This document shows positions 46,200 through 55,355 of a stretch of DNA of 64,000 nucleotides, in pieces. The first letter of the stretch is position 1. Each line of letters starts with the position of its first letter. The notes under the pieces are model-generated. The model searched no databases. It saw only the letters and a program-made list of their open reading frames with translations, and was not told the DNA's origin. The stretch covers positions 2,195,827 through 2,259,826 of the forward strand of contig OZ242366.1 of the NCBI GenBank assembly GCA_965208945.1, in the 5' to 3' direction. The position numbers and the translations under genes were made by a program. Origin of the DNA: Bryobacterales bacterium (GTDB taxonomy: Bacteria > Acidobacteriota > Terriglobia > Bryobacterales > UBA6623).

Positions 46200-46540
46200 A
46201 TGAAGCTGGAAGAGCTGCCGGCCAACGCCGCGGTGCGCGGCATCCTGTCCGACGGCCTTTTCACGGTGGTCAGCGTGCAGTGGTTCGGCTCCGAAGCGCT
46301 TGAACGGACCTGACCGGAAGGTCGCCAAAGAGCTTCTGTGCCGTACACGACGAACCCCGGCTCGAGATGGTCAAGGTCGGCCGGCCGACCATGGAGCATC
46401 GACGGAGACGGCGCGTTGTTCCTCTTGGTCTCCGAGGCGCAATGGGTCCGCCTTGCACATCTGTTCGACCCGATGATCGCCGTGCACACCTCGGTCGTCG
46501 ATCCGTTGCCACATCGGATCACTGCGGTTATACTCTTTCG
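46200..46540 (+). pseudogene. 5' remnant of a large helicase-like gene with an in-frame TGA
   Basis: Reads MKLEELPANAAVRGILSDGLFTVVSVQWFGSEALERT*PEGR...[49 protein letters not shown] and then loses similarity. From memory this resembles the N-terminus of SNF2/DEAD-type helicase-related proteins. No database check was possible. Confidence 0.35.
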
Positions 46541-46576
46541 ATCCACTGGGACCGATTGCTCCGGGGAAGTGCTGTC

Positions 46577-48673
46577 ATGAAGTGGATCAAGAAGGGGTGT
46601 CTCATCACTTGCCCGGCTGTTTTGGTCGTGTCATTCGTCTGTGCGGTCGCGCCCGCGCTGCGCGCCCACGAAGGCGCCATCACCGTCGTCTCGGGCGCCA
46701 GCTTCACCGCTGAGCAACCGGTGGCTCCGAACTCGATCGCCGCCGTGTTCGGGGGCGAGTTCGCGGAGCAAACGACGGTCTCTGGCGAGAGCGAATTGCC
46801 GGAAGAACTCGACTCGGTCTCGGTTGTGATCGAGGACAGCGCCCAAGTAGAACACCGCGCGAAAGTCTTCGCCGTCGCCAAGGCCCGGATCGACATCCTC
46901 ATTCCCGACCTGCCCGATGGCACGGCGCACATGCAGGTGGTGCGCGGCGGCGCGTCCGTAGCCGACGGGGAATTCGAGATCCGGTCCGTGAGTCCGGGAT
47001 TGTTTTCCGCCGCGAGTACCGGTTCGGGCCTCGCGGCTGCGGTTGCCGTGCGCGTGAATGCCGATGGGACCCAAAGTTTTGAACCCGTAGCGGTCTTCAA
47101 TACCGAGCGGGGGATGTGGGAACCGATCCCGCTCAACACCGCTGCCGGCTCAATCTACCTGAGCTTGTTCGGCACGGGTATCCGCAACGGCTCGGATCTC
47201 ACGGCTGCGATCGACGGAATTCCGATTGAAGTACGGTTTTACGGCGTAAATCCGGCGTTTCCGGGCCTCGACCAAGTCAATATCGGCCCCCTGCCGCCCG
47301 AGTTGAGCGGTCGGTCGGTCGTCGATCTCGTTCTGACCGTGGACGGGATCGAGGCTAACAGAGTGCAGTTCGGGTTCTCCGGCGGCGCCGGCGAGGCGGT
47401 CACCTTCAACAATCAGATCATCCGCCTGTTCCAGGCGCACTGTCAGGTCTGCCATCACCCGGGCGAGGTCGCTCCGTTCTCACTGATGGACTACGAATCC
47501 GCCAAGCCCCGGGCGCGGGGGATCAAGTGGGCGACGGCCGCACGCTATATGCCTCCTTGGAAACCGGTCCCGGGATACGGCGAATTCATCGGAGAACGCC
47601 TCCTGGACGAAACCGAGATCGACTTGATCGCGCGCTGGGTGGATGCGGGTGTCCCGGAGGGCGATCCGGCCGACCTGCCGGAGCCGCTGGTCTTCAATGA
47701 GGAATGGACTCTCGGCGATCCGGATCTGGTCCTGGAGCTTCCTGAGTACACGCCCGATCCGAACTTGGAAGACGACTACCGCTGCTTCAGCGTTCCCGTT
47801 CCGACGGAAACGGTCAAAAGCATCACGGAAGTCGAGGTGCGGCCCGGTAACCGCGGCATCGTCCATCATCTAATCTTGTTCGGGGATCCGACCGGCCAGT
47901 CGGCGGCTCTCGAAGCCGCGGCCGGCGGCGCGGCGCCGGGATACGAGTGCTTCGGTGATCCGGGGTTCGAATTTGATGGGATCGAGGGGGTGGAATCGTA
48001 TATACAGGGCGGCTGGGTGCCCGGTTACCGCCCCCAGGTCCTGCCCGAGGGTTCTGGGTACTATCTGCGGCCGGGCGCGCGCATCGCGATCCAGATCCAC
48101 TACCACGCCGACGGGAAGCAGGAAAGCGACCGCACCCGCATCGGCCTGCACTTCTCGGAAGAGCCGACCGAGGAGAACGTCCTGGTACTGCCGGTTTTGA
48201 ACCGCGAGTTCGAAATCCCGCCCGGGGCGGAAAACTACGAGGTGACCGCCGAGTTGGCCCTTGAGAACCCGCGGTACCTGGTTCTCGATACGGTTCTGCG
48301 CAGCTTGGGCAAGCGCCTCTTTCCCGTGGAAGTCATCTCCGTGCTGCCTCACATGCACCTGCTCGGACGAGAGATCCGCATGGACAAGGTATCCGCCGCC
48401 GGCGAGGAGACGCCGATGATCTATATCGACGACTGGGACTTCCACTGGCAGGACTGGTACACCTATGTCGAGCCCGTCCTTCTCGAATCCACCGACGTTC
48501 TCAAAGTGCGGGCTTGGTATGACAACTCCGCGTCCAACCCGCGGAATCCTAATAATCCGCCGCGGGCAGTCGGATGGGGCAACGGCACCAACGACGAAAT
48601 GTGCATCGTTTTCTTCCTTGTGAAAATTCCGGATCTTTGCGGTTTGCCGCTGGGTCTTTGCGGAGGGCTGTGA
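46577..48673 (+). CDS. Secreted fusion: TIGR03437-like Ig-type domain + CxxCH heme motif domain + PHM/DBH-like type-2 copper monooxygenase
   Basis: Starts MKWIKKG (signal peptide). Carries CQVCHHPGE. Copper ligand pattern is VHHL...IHYH...PHMHLLG...NDEMC, matching CuH (H,H,H) and CuM (H,H,M) of peptidylglycine/dopamine monooxygenases. Confidence 0.8.
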   Translation: MKWIKKGCLITCPAVLVVSFVCAVAPALRAHEGAITVVSGASFTAEQPVAPNSIAAVFGGEFAEQTTVSGESELPEELDSVSVVIEDSAQVEHRAKVFAVAKARIDILIPDLPDGTAHMQVVRGGASVADGEFEIRSVSPGLFSAASTGSGLAAAVAVRVNADGTQSFEPVAVFNTERGMWEPIPLNTAAGSIYLSLFGTGIRNGSDLTAAIDGIPIEVRFYGVNPAFPGLDQVNIGPLPPELSGRSVVDLVLTVDGIEANRVQFGFSGGAGEAVTFNNQIIRLFQAHCQVCHHPGEVAPFSLMDYESAKPRARGIKWATAARYMPPWKPVPGYGEFIGERLLDETEIDLIARWVDAGVPEGDPADLPEPLVFNEEWTLGDPDLVLELPEYTPDPNLEDDYRCFSVPVPTETVKSITEVEVRPGNRGIVHHLILFGDPTGQSAALEAAAGGAAPGYECFGDPGFEFDGIEGVESYIQGGWVPGYRPQVLPEGSGYYLRPGARIAIQIHYHADGKQESDRTRIGLHFSEEPTEENVLVLPVLNREFEIPPGAENYEVTAELALENPRYLVLDTVLRSLGKRLFPVEVISVLPHMHLLGREIRMDKVSAAGEETPMIYIDDWDFHWQDWYTYVEPVLLESTDVLKVRAWYDNSASNPRNPNNPPRAVGWGNGTNDEMCIVFFLVKIPDLCGLPLGLCGGL

Positions 48674-48814
48674 CCGGCTCGTTCCGATGCCGCTGTCCGG
48701 TCGAGAGTGCGGGGAATCGCCGGTTTTCGCGGCAGTGGCGGTGCTCCCGCGCGGATTTCCGAAAACGGCGCCGTCAAGTCAAGACTTGGTAAAAAAGAGG
48801 GCATTGACTCAGAT

Positions 48815-50512
48815 ATGCATGTGAACGCTGTTTTCGAGACCCCCTGTTTTTGGCGAAAATCGGCCGGTCCAGTCGGCAGCATCGCCGCTTTCGCCTGCCT
48901 TATGGCGGCGCTGGGCTGTAGCGGGAAAGAGGCTGTTTCATCGGCGGGCGCCGGCCTGATCCGCGCCGGCAGCATCGCCGCCCACACCCGGTTTCTCTCG
49001 AGCGACGCCCTCGAAGGACGCGGCATCGGAGGACGCGCCGAGGTGCTCGCCACCGAGTACATCGCGGCGCAGTTTGCCTTGGCCGGGGCTGCTCCGGCGG
49101 GAGATGACGGGACGTACTTCCAGGTGGTTCCGCTTGTCGGTGTCCAGACACAGCCCGATGCCATGCTGAGCTGGTCTGCGGGAGCGGGCGCCAGGCGCTT
49201 GCGCTACCTCGACGATTTCGTCGCTGTGAACCACCGCCAGCAACCGCTCGCCGAGGTGGACGCTGAAGCCGTCTATGTCGGTCACGGCATCGTAGCCCCC
49301 GAGTTCGAGTGGGATGACTACAAGGGGGTCGATGTCAAGGGCAAGATCGTCGTCCTCTTCACGAACGAGCCGGCATCCGACGATCCGGCTTTCTTCGGCG
49401 GACCGGCGCTCACCTACTACGGCCGCTGGACCTTCAAGTACGAAGAGGCGCTGCGCCAGGGCGCCGCCGGGTGCCTGATCATCCACACGACACCCACCGC
49501 CGGCTACCCCTGGCAGGTCGTCCGCAACTCTTGGAGCGGCCGCGAACCCTTCGTGGAGCTCGGCCCGGACGAAGAGGCCCTGAGCGTGGCCGGGTGGATC
49601 CATGCCGAGGCGGCCGCTTCGATGCTCGCCGCAACCGGCAAGAGCCTCGACGAGTTGCTGGCCATGTCGGAATCGCGCGCCTTCCAGCCGCTGCCGCTGT
49701 CGGTCCGCATCCGCACCCGGATTCCCAGTTCAGTCACTCCCATCCGCACGCGCAACGTCGTCGCGATGATCCAAGGCGGCAACGCTCAAAAACGGGACGA
49801 AGCCGTTCTCTATACGGCCCACTGGGACCACCTCGGCGTCGGCATCCCGGTAGACGGCGACAACATCTACAACGGCGCGGTCGACAACGCAACGGGCGTC
49901 TCGCTGCTCCTCGAATTGGCGCGTGCTTTCGGCGAGTCCGACGCTCGGCCGCAGCGCTCGATCCTTTTCGCGGCCGTCGGCGCCGAGGAGGGCGGCCTGC
50001 GCGGCTCGGAATACTACGCTCAGCATCCTTTCATCCCGGCCGGCCGGACGGCGGTGAACATCAACTTCGATGGCTTGGCCCCGCTGGGACGCACGCGCGA
50101 TATTACCCTTCCCGGTTTCGAGCGGACGACCCTGCGGCCTGTCGTCGAAGCCCTCGCCGAGGAATCGCGGCTGTCGATCCGTCCCGAAGCTCACCCCGAA
50201 CAGGGCTATTACTATCGTTCGGATCACTTCAGCCTGGCGAAGGTTGGCGTGCCGGCTTTCTCGGTGAAGCTGGGCGTCGACTACGTCGATCGACCGGAAG
50301 GCTGGGGCGTCGAGGCGCAGGAGGATTACACCGCGAACCGCTACCATCAGCCCTCCGATGAGTTCGATCCGGCATGGGATTTCTCGGGCCTCGAACAACT
50401 CGCGCGGTTCGGCTTCGAACTCGGCCTTAGCGCCGCCAACGCCCCGGACTTGCCCACCTGGAATGAAGGGGACGAGTTCCTGCCGGCGCGGCTCCAGTCA
50501 TGGGAACGCTGA
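48815..50512 (+). CDS. M28 family aminopeptidase with PA domain, lipoprotein
   Basis: Lipobox LMAALGCSG. Blocks HWDHLG, AVDNATG, EEGGLRGS. Confidence 0.85.
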   Translation: MHVNAVFETPCFWRKSAGPVGSIAAFACLMAALGCSGKEAVSSAGAGLIRAGSIAAHTRFLSSDALEGRGIGGRAEVLATEYIAAQFALAGAAPAGDDGTYFQVVPLVGVQTQPDAMLSWSAGAGARRLRYLDDFVAVNHRQQPLAEVDAEAVYVGHGIVAPEFEWDDYKGVDVKGKIVVLFTNEPASDDPAFFGGPALTYYGRWTFKYEEALRQGAAGCLIIHTTPTAGYPWQVVRNSWSGREPFVELGPDEEALSVAGWIHAEAAASMLAATGKSLDELLAMSESRAFQPLPLSVRIRTRIPSSVTPIRTRNVVAMIQGGNAQKRDEAVLYTAHWDHLGVGIPVDGDNIYNGAVDNATGVSLLLELARAFGESDARPQRSILFAAVGAEEGGLRGSEYYAQHPFIPAGRTAVNINFDGLAPLGRTRDITLPGFERTTLRPVVEALAEESRLSIRPEAHPEQGYYYRSDHFSLAKVGVPAFSVKLGVDYVDRPEGWGVEAQEDYTANRYHQPSDEFDPAWDFSGLEQLARFGFELGLSAANAPDLPTWNEGDEFLPARLQSWER

Positions 50513-50533
50513 GAAGTTTATAATTGAGACGCC

Positions 50534-51016
50534 TTGTCATACCTCGAGTGGCTTGAGAACTCACTGACGGACAAGCTCGAAGAGCAGCCGGTCGGAGAGC
50601 CTGTCGCCCTTCGCGCCTACCTGGAGCTGAGCGACGATCACGGGCACCTGGTTCCGACCGCCGGGGCGATGGCGGCTGTCGCAGGCGCTTGGTTCGGTGC
50701 GGGATTGCCCAAGGTCTATGCTCTCGGCGGAGCCGACCAGGGATACGTTTCGGTCACCGCGACGTATCCTGGCGGACAGACCGCTCTGATCGTCGCCGAG
50801 TCCTTGAGCGCAGCCGCCGGTGAGCGGCCCTCCGTGCGTCTCTTGCTGATCGGCAACCATGGCACGATGGAGTTCGCTGATTCGCCGGGTGCGGATTTCC
50901 GCACGGTCGATCGAACGCCGCCTGCCGGCGCGAGCAGCGAGGCTCTGAGCCGGGCGATAGCTGAGTCGCTCCGGTCCAGCGCCCCCGTGGAAGGGAGCAC
51001 GCACAGCCGTGGCTAG
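50534..51016 (+). CDS. Hypothetical protein (resembles a Gfo/Idh/MocA C-terminal-type domain)
   Basis: 160-aa ORF with a TTG start. Its stop TAG lies inside the left CTAG flank of MITE N. Start and function are uncertain. Confidence 0.45.
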   Translation: MSYLEWLENSLTDKLEEQPVGEPVALRAYLELSDDHGHLVPTAGAMAAVAGAWFGAGLPKVYALGGADQGYVSVTATYPGGQTALIVAESLSAAAGERPSVRLLLIGNHGTMEFADSPGADFRTVDRTPPAGASSEALSRAIAESLRSSAPVEGSTHSRG

Positions 51017-51192
51017 CCTGCATATCTCCCCGCGTGGGGACGTGAAGTGCGTGAGAGGGCCGTCAGGACGAGGCGCGCGCCGCTTGGCGCGCGCAGGCGT
51101 ACTTGATCGTACATCGAGTACGGCAAGCAAGCGCAACAAAGTTATGGCGGCCGTATCGCGTGCTTCGGGTGTCAGGCGGTGAGATATGCAGG
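51017..51192 (+). mobile_element. MITE copy N (short subfamily, variant centre gtacttgatcgtacatcgag)
   Basis: Flanks are CTAG and CTAA. The ATG in the right TIR (51186) opens the downstream ORF. Confidence 0.88.
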
Positions 51193-52340
51193 CTAAACCT
51201 TCGTTCGGCGTTCTGCTCGTAACGGGCGGGATGACCCACCAGGAGAACTACGGAGAGGGATTCCTCGCCGACCCGCGCGCAAGAGTCGTCGGCCTTACCG
51301 ATGAACCCGATGTCGACGAACGCCGCGACCGCCTGAACCGCGGATTGGCCGATCAGTTCGGCATCCCCTTCCTGCCGGATATCCGCGAGGCGCTCGCGCG
51401 GTCCGATGTGCACCTCGTCTCCGTCTGCTCGGAGTTCGAGCGGCGCACCCGCGTCTCTCAAATCTGTGCGGAAGCCGGCAAGCATCTCTACGTCGACAAG
51501 CCCATGGTGACGAAGATGGCGGAGGCCGACAAACTCGTGGCGACAGCCGGGCGGCGTGGTTTGCGCGGGCAGATGTTCACTCAGGTCGGCGCGCCGTACG
51601 CGAGGCGGCTGAAAGGAATCGTCGATTCCGGTGCTTTGGGCGAGATCAAGTCGATCCAGTGTGACCTCATGTTCGCGAAGGGTTTCACCGGCGGCGCTCC
51701 GCTTGGCGTGCCGCGGCGCGAGCACGATCCGCCCAGGCGGTTCACGTTCCCGGACGCCAAGCGTGAGATCTGGACGACCGCGGTCTATTCGCTCACCTTG
51801 ATCCGCTGGCTCCTCGGCGGACCCCGCTTTCGTAGCGTCTACGCCACGAGCGCCAACTACTTTTTCGAGGAGCACTACAAACGCGATGTCGAGGACTTCG
51901 GCACGCTTGCTCTCACGCTCGACAACGGCGTCACGGCGTCGCTGATCGCCGGCCGGATCGGTTGGCACAGTCACCGCAGTTCCGGCCCGAACTTCACGCG
52001 CATCATCGGTAGCAAGCGCAGCTTCCTTCTTGACGCGCACAGCCCGCGCTTCGAAATCTCGTCCGACCGAAAGTGGGCGCCGCCGGCGAAGGACCCCATC
52101 GATCCCATGGGCTTCTGGTCGAGCACCATGGAGCGTGGGAACGCTCAACCCAAGCCCTTTTGGCATGAGCCGCCGACCGCGCCCGGGCAATCGGATCAGG
52201 CTCTCTTCCTCGATTGCCTCGAACAGGACAAAGAGCCGGAAGTCACGCTGGACGATGCCGCGCAGGCATCCGAGGCCATGCTGGCCGCCTACCGGTCCGC
52301 TGCGACAGGGCAGGTGGTGGCGTTGCCTCTGCCGCGCTAG
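51186..52340 (+). CDS. Gfo/Idh/MocA family oxidoreductase
   Basis: 384 aa. Rossmann beta1 plus Gly-rich loop FGVLLVTGG begins at codon 7. The only in-frame start after the upstream TGA (51179-51181) is the ATG inside the MITE N terminus. The stop TAG lies in the CTAG flank of MITE K. Confidence 0.8.
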   Translation: MQAKPSFGVLLVTGGMTHQENYGEGFLADPRARVVGLTDEPDVDERRDRLNRGLADQFGIPFLPDIREALARSDVHLVSVCSEFERRTRVSQICAEAGKHLYVDKPMVTKMAEADKLVATAGRRGLRGQMFTQVGAPYARRLKGIVDSGALGEIKSIQCDLMFAKGFTGGAPLGVPRREHDPPRRFTFPDAKREIWTTAVYSLTLIRWLLGGPRFRSVYATSANYFFEEHYKRDVEDFGTLALTLDNGVTASLIAGRIGWHSHRSSGPNFTRIIGSKRSFLLDAHSPRFEISSDRKWAPPAKDPIDPMGFWSSTMERGNAQPKPFWHEPPTAPGQSDQALFLDCLEQDKEPEVTLDDAAQASEAMLAAYRSAATGQVVALPLPR

Positions 52341-52396
52341 CCTGCATTTTTCACGACGTGGCGAGGCGAAGTGGGTGAGAGGGCCGTCAGGACTAG

Positions 52397-54120
52397 CCCG
52401 GAAATCTCACCAGGGGGTAGGAAAAGGGCTGCCTGGTGTGGCATAAAACATTTATGTCCAAAACGTTAGCGCCACAAGCCGAAAGCAGCCCTCTGTCAAC
52501 AGAGTGTATCCAATCCAGCTTCACCTTTGCCAAGCATTTTCGACGCCAGGTGAGCGCTCGCTTTGACGGCGGGGTGATCAGTTCCGACGGCGGCGCGCTG
52601 CTGTTACGGGAGGTGGACCAGCGCATCAACCTGCTGCCGCGCTTGGCGGGCTGCTTCGAGGATGGCCGCGATTCGCGGCGCATCGAACACCTGGTGGGGG
52701 AGTTGGTCTCGCAGCGGGTCTACGGGCTGGCGCTGGGATACGAAGACCTCAACGATCACGACGAGTTGCGGCGCGATCCGGTGCTGGCGCTGCTGGCGGG
52801 CAAGAGCGACGTGTCCGGGCAGCGCCGCCGCCGCGAGCGTGACCGCGGCCAGCCGCTGGCGGGCAAGAGCACGTTGCAGCGACTGGAACGAACGACCGAT
52901 GGCGTGGATCGTTACCAGAAGGTCCGCTGCGTCAGCGAAGCGATCGACCGCCTGTTGGTGGACGTGTTCGTGGAAGCGCACTCGCAGGAGCCGGCCGAGG
53001 TCCTACTCGATATCGACGCCACCGACACGCCTTTGCACGGGCAGCAGGAGGGACGTTTCTTTCACGGCTACTACAGACACTACTGCTACTTGCCGCTGTA
53101 CATCTTCAGCGGCGAGCACGTGTTGTGCGCGCGGCAGCGGGTATCGAATCAAGACGCGGCGGCGGGCAGCGTAGCGGAGTTGGAGAGGATCGTGGCGCAG
53201 CTCCGGGCCGCGTGGCCGGAGGTGAAGATCATCCTGCGTGGGGACTCGGGGTTTTGTCGGGACGAGTTGCTGAGTTGGTGCGAAGAGAACCGGGTGGACT
53301 ATGTGGTGGGGCTGGCGCGCAACGAGCGGCTGCAGTCGTTGATCGAGGAGGCGCTCGAAGAGGCGGCCAGCAGGCAGCAGCAAACGGGCCGGCCGGCGCG
53401 GGCCTACAGCGAGTTCGAGTATCGGACGCTTGAGAGTTGGAGCCGGGAGCGGCGGGTGGTGGCGAAAGCCGAACAGTTGGTGGGCAAGCAGAACCCGCGC
53501 TACGTGGTGACGTCGCTGGACGGGGAGCGCTGGCCGCCGCGGCGGTTGTATGAACAACTCTACTGCGGGCGCGGGGAGGCGGAGAATCGCATCAAGGAGC
53601 AGTTGAGTCTGTTCGCGGATCGCATGAGTACGGAGACGCTACGGGCCAATCAGTTGCGGCTGCATCTGTCGTCGCTGGCGTATGTGTTGCTGGTGGGACT
53701 GCGGCGGCTGGGGCTGAAGGGCACGCAGTGGGCGCGGGCGCAGACCGAGACGATCCGGCGGGGGCTGTTGAAGATCGGCGCGCTGGTGAAGGTGAGCGTG
53801 CGGCGGGTGCATCTGTCGCTGGCCAGCGGCTACCCCGATGAGGAGGCGTTCGCGGCGGTGTATCGGGCGCTGCGTCCGCCGGGACCAGCAACTGTTTGAC
53901 AACAGTGAGCGAACCGAAAAACGGGGCCGTCGGCAGCCTCAGGGGCGAAGTGTTTCTCAAATCGGCCACAACCCGAAAAACGAACATTCGCGAGCCGCTA
54001 AGGGCAGCGCAAAACGCCCCGTAGAGGCCTTCACTCACCCTCGCCGCGAAGAATACCGTGTTTCAGACCCTATTTCGGCCTCCCTCAACCCATCGCGAAG
54101 CCGCTGGTGAGAAATGCAGG
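52397..54120 (+). mobile_element. IS1380-family insertion sequence (1724 bp), probable autonomous partner of the MITE
   Basis: Bounded by CTAG direct repeats (52393-52396 and 54121-54124). IRL is cccggaaatctcaccagg and IRR is gctggtgagaaatgcagg. IRR matches the MITE TIR at 16 of 17 positions. Confidence 0.85.
52436..53899 (+). CDS. IS1380 family DDE transposase
   Basis: 487 aa. N-terminal FDGGVISSDGGALLLREVD and the blocks LDIDATDTPLHGQQEGRFFHGYY and RGDSGFCR are typical of this family, identified from memory. Confidence 0.85.
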   Translation: MWHKTFMSKTLAPQAESSPLSTECIQSSFTFAKHFRRQVSARFDGGVISSDGGALLLREVDQRINLLPRLAGCFEDGRDSRRIEHLVGELVSQRVYGLALGYEDLNDHDELRRDPVLALLAGKSDVSGQRRRRERDRGQPLAGKSTLQRLERTTDGVDRYQKVRCVSEAIDRLLVDVFVEAHSQEPAEVLLDIDATDTPLHGQQEGRFFHGYYRHYCYLPLYIFSGEHVLCARQRVSNQDAAAGSVAELERIVAQLRAAWPEVKIILRGDSGFCRDELLSWCEENRVDYVVGLARNERLQSLIEEALEEAASRQQQTGRPARAYSEFEYRTLESWSRERRVVAKAEQLVGKQNPRYVVTSLDGERWPPRRLYEQLYCGRGEAENRIKEQLSLFADRMSTETLRANQLRLHLSSLAYVLLVGLRRLGLKGTQWARAQTETIRRGLLKIGALVKVSVRRVHLSLASGYPDEEAFAAVYRALRPPGPATV

Positions 54121-54281
54121 CTAGGCGCAAGCCGGGCGAAGGAAAAAGGCGCGAGCCGCTTGGCGCGCGCAGGCGTACTTATGGGATGGTTCGCTCCCAC
54201 TTCCGCTGCGTCGTCGAGTTCGGCCATGCTGGTAGCAACGGCCGTCCCCGGCCGCAGTTCACGAACCGAGAGGAAACCATC

Positions 54282-55355
54282 ATGGCAACGACCCAGCGAT
54301 CATCCCGCAAGAGCGTATGGAAGGAGGTCGTCACGATCGGCCTCGATCTAGCAAAACACAACGTCGACTTGGTCGGCTTGGACGCAACCGGCCGGGTGCT
54401 CACCCGTCGCCGCTACTCGAAGGGCAAGCTGCTGGAGGTGACCGCCCAGATGCAGCCCTGCCGTATCGGCATGGAAGCCTGCTGCGGCGCCCATCACCTG
54501 GGCCGCCAACTGCTGGCCCAGGGGCACGACGTGAAGCTGATGCCGCCCAAATATGTGAAGCCCTTTGTGAAGCGCGACAAGAACGACTCGACGGACGCCG
54601 AGGCCTGCGCGGAAGCCTGTCTGCGGCCGAGCATGCGCTTCGTGGCGGTCAAGAGCGAGCAACAACTGTCGATGCAGTCGCTGCACCGCTATCGCTCGCG
54701 GCTGGTGGGCAACTCGACGCAGTTGATCAACCAGGCGCGCGCCTTTCTGCTGGAACGCGGCATCACCCTTCCACAGGGCAAGCGTTGGTTTGTGGTCCGT
54801 CTGCCGGAGATCCTCGAGGACGCCGATAACGGCCTGTCCGACGAAATGCGGGCGCTGCTGGCGGGCATGTTTGCCGAATGGCAAGTGCTGGCAGAGAAGA
54901 TTCAGCAAGTCAACACCTATCTGCTGAGGAAAGCGCAGGCGAGCGAGGCCTGCCGGCGGCTCAGAGAGATCCCCGGCATCGGCGTGCAGACAGCGACGGC
55001 CTTGGTGGCGACGATCGGCAACGCCGAGGCCTTCGAGAAGGGGCGCGACGTCGCTGCTTGGTTGGGTCTGGTGCCGAGAGAGTACTCCAGCGGAGGCAAG
55101 CAGCGCTTGGGAGGCATCAGCAAGCGCGGCAACCGCTACGTCCGGACGCTGCTGGTGCACTGTGCCCGCTCGAGCCTCGACGTGCTCGCGAAGCGCAGCG
55201 ACCAACTCGGCCAGTGGCTGCGGCGGATGCTCCTGAACAAAGATCGGCGGGTCGTGATCGTGGCGCTGGCGGCACGGCTGGCGCGCATCGCATGGGCCTT
55301 GCTGAGCAGCGGCCAGCGCTTCTCTCAACAGCGGCAACCAGCCCCGGCGGGTTAA
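54282..55355 (+). CDS. IS110 family DEDD transposase/recombinase
   Basis: 357 aa. Blocks IGLDLAK, GMEAC, KNDSTDAEA, and C-terminal GISKRGNRYVR. Confidence 0.9.
   Translation: MATTQRSSRKSVWKEVVTIGLDLAKHNVDLVGLDATGRVLTRRRYSKGKLLEVTAQMQPCRIGMEACCGAHHLGRQLLAQGHDVKLMPPKYVKPFVKRDKNDSTDAEACAEACLRPSMRFVAVKSEQQLSMQSLHRYRSRLVGNSTQLINQARAFLLERGITLPQGKRWFVVRLPEILEDADNGLSDEMRALLAGMFAEWQVLAEKIQQVNTYLLRKAQASEACRRLREIPGIGVQTATALVATIGNAEAFEKGRDVAAWLGLVPREYSSGGKQRLGGISKRGNRYVRTLLVHCARSSLDVLAKRSDQLGQWLRRMLLNKDRRVVIVALAARLARIAWALLSSGQRFSQQRQPAPAG

Noticed and set aside
46367-46576. A 70-codon N-terminal extension of the monooxygenase ORF in the track (start 46367).
   Set aside because: The extension overlaps the helicase remnant region and lacks signal-peptide logic. 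MKWIKKG at 46577 is followed by a clear signal peptide.
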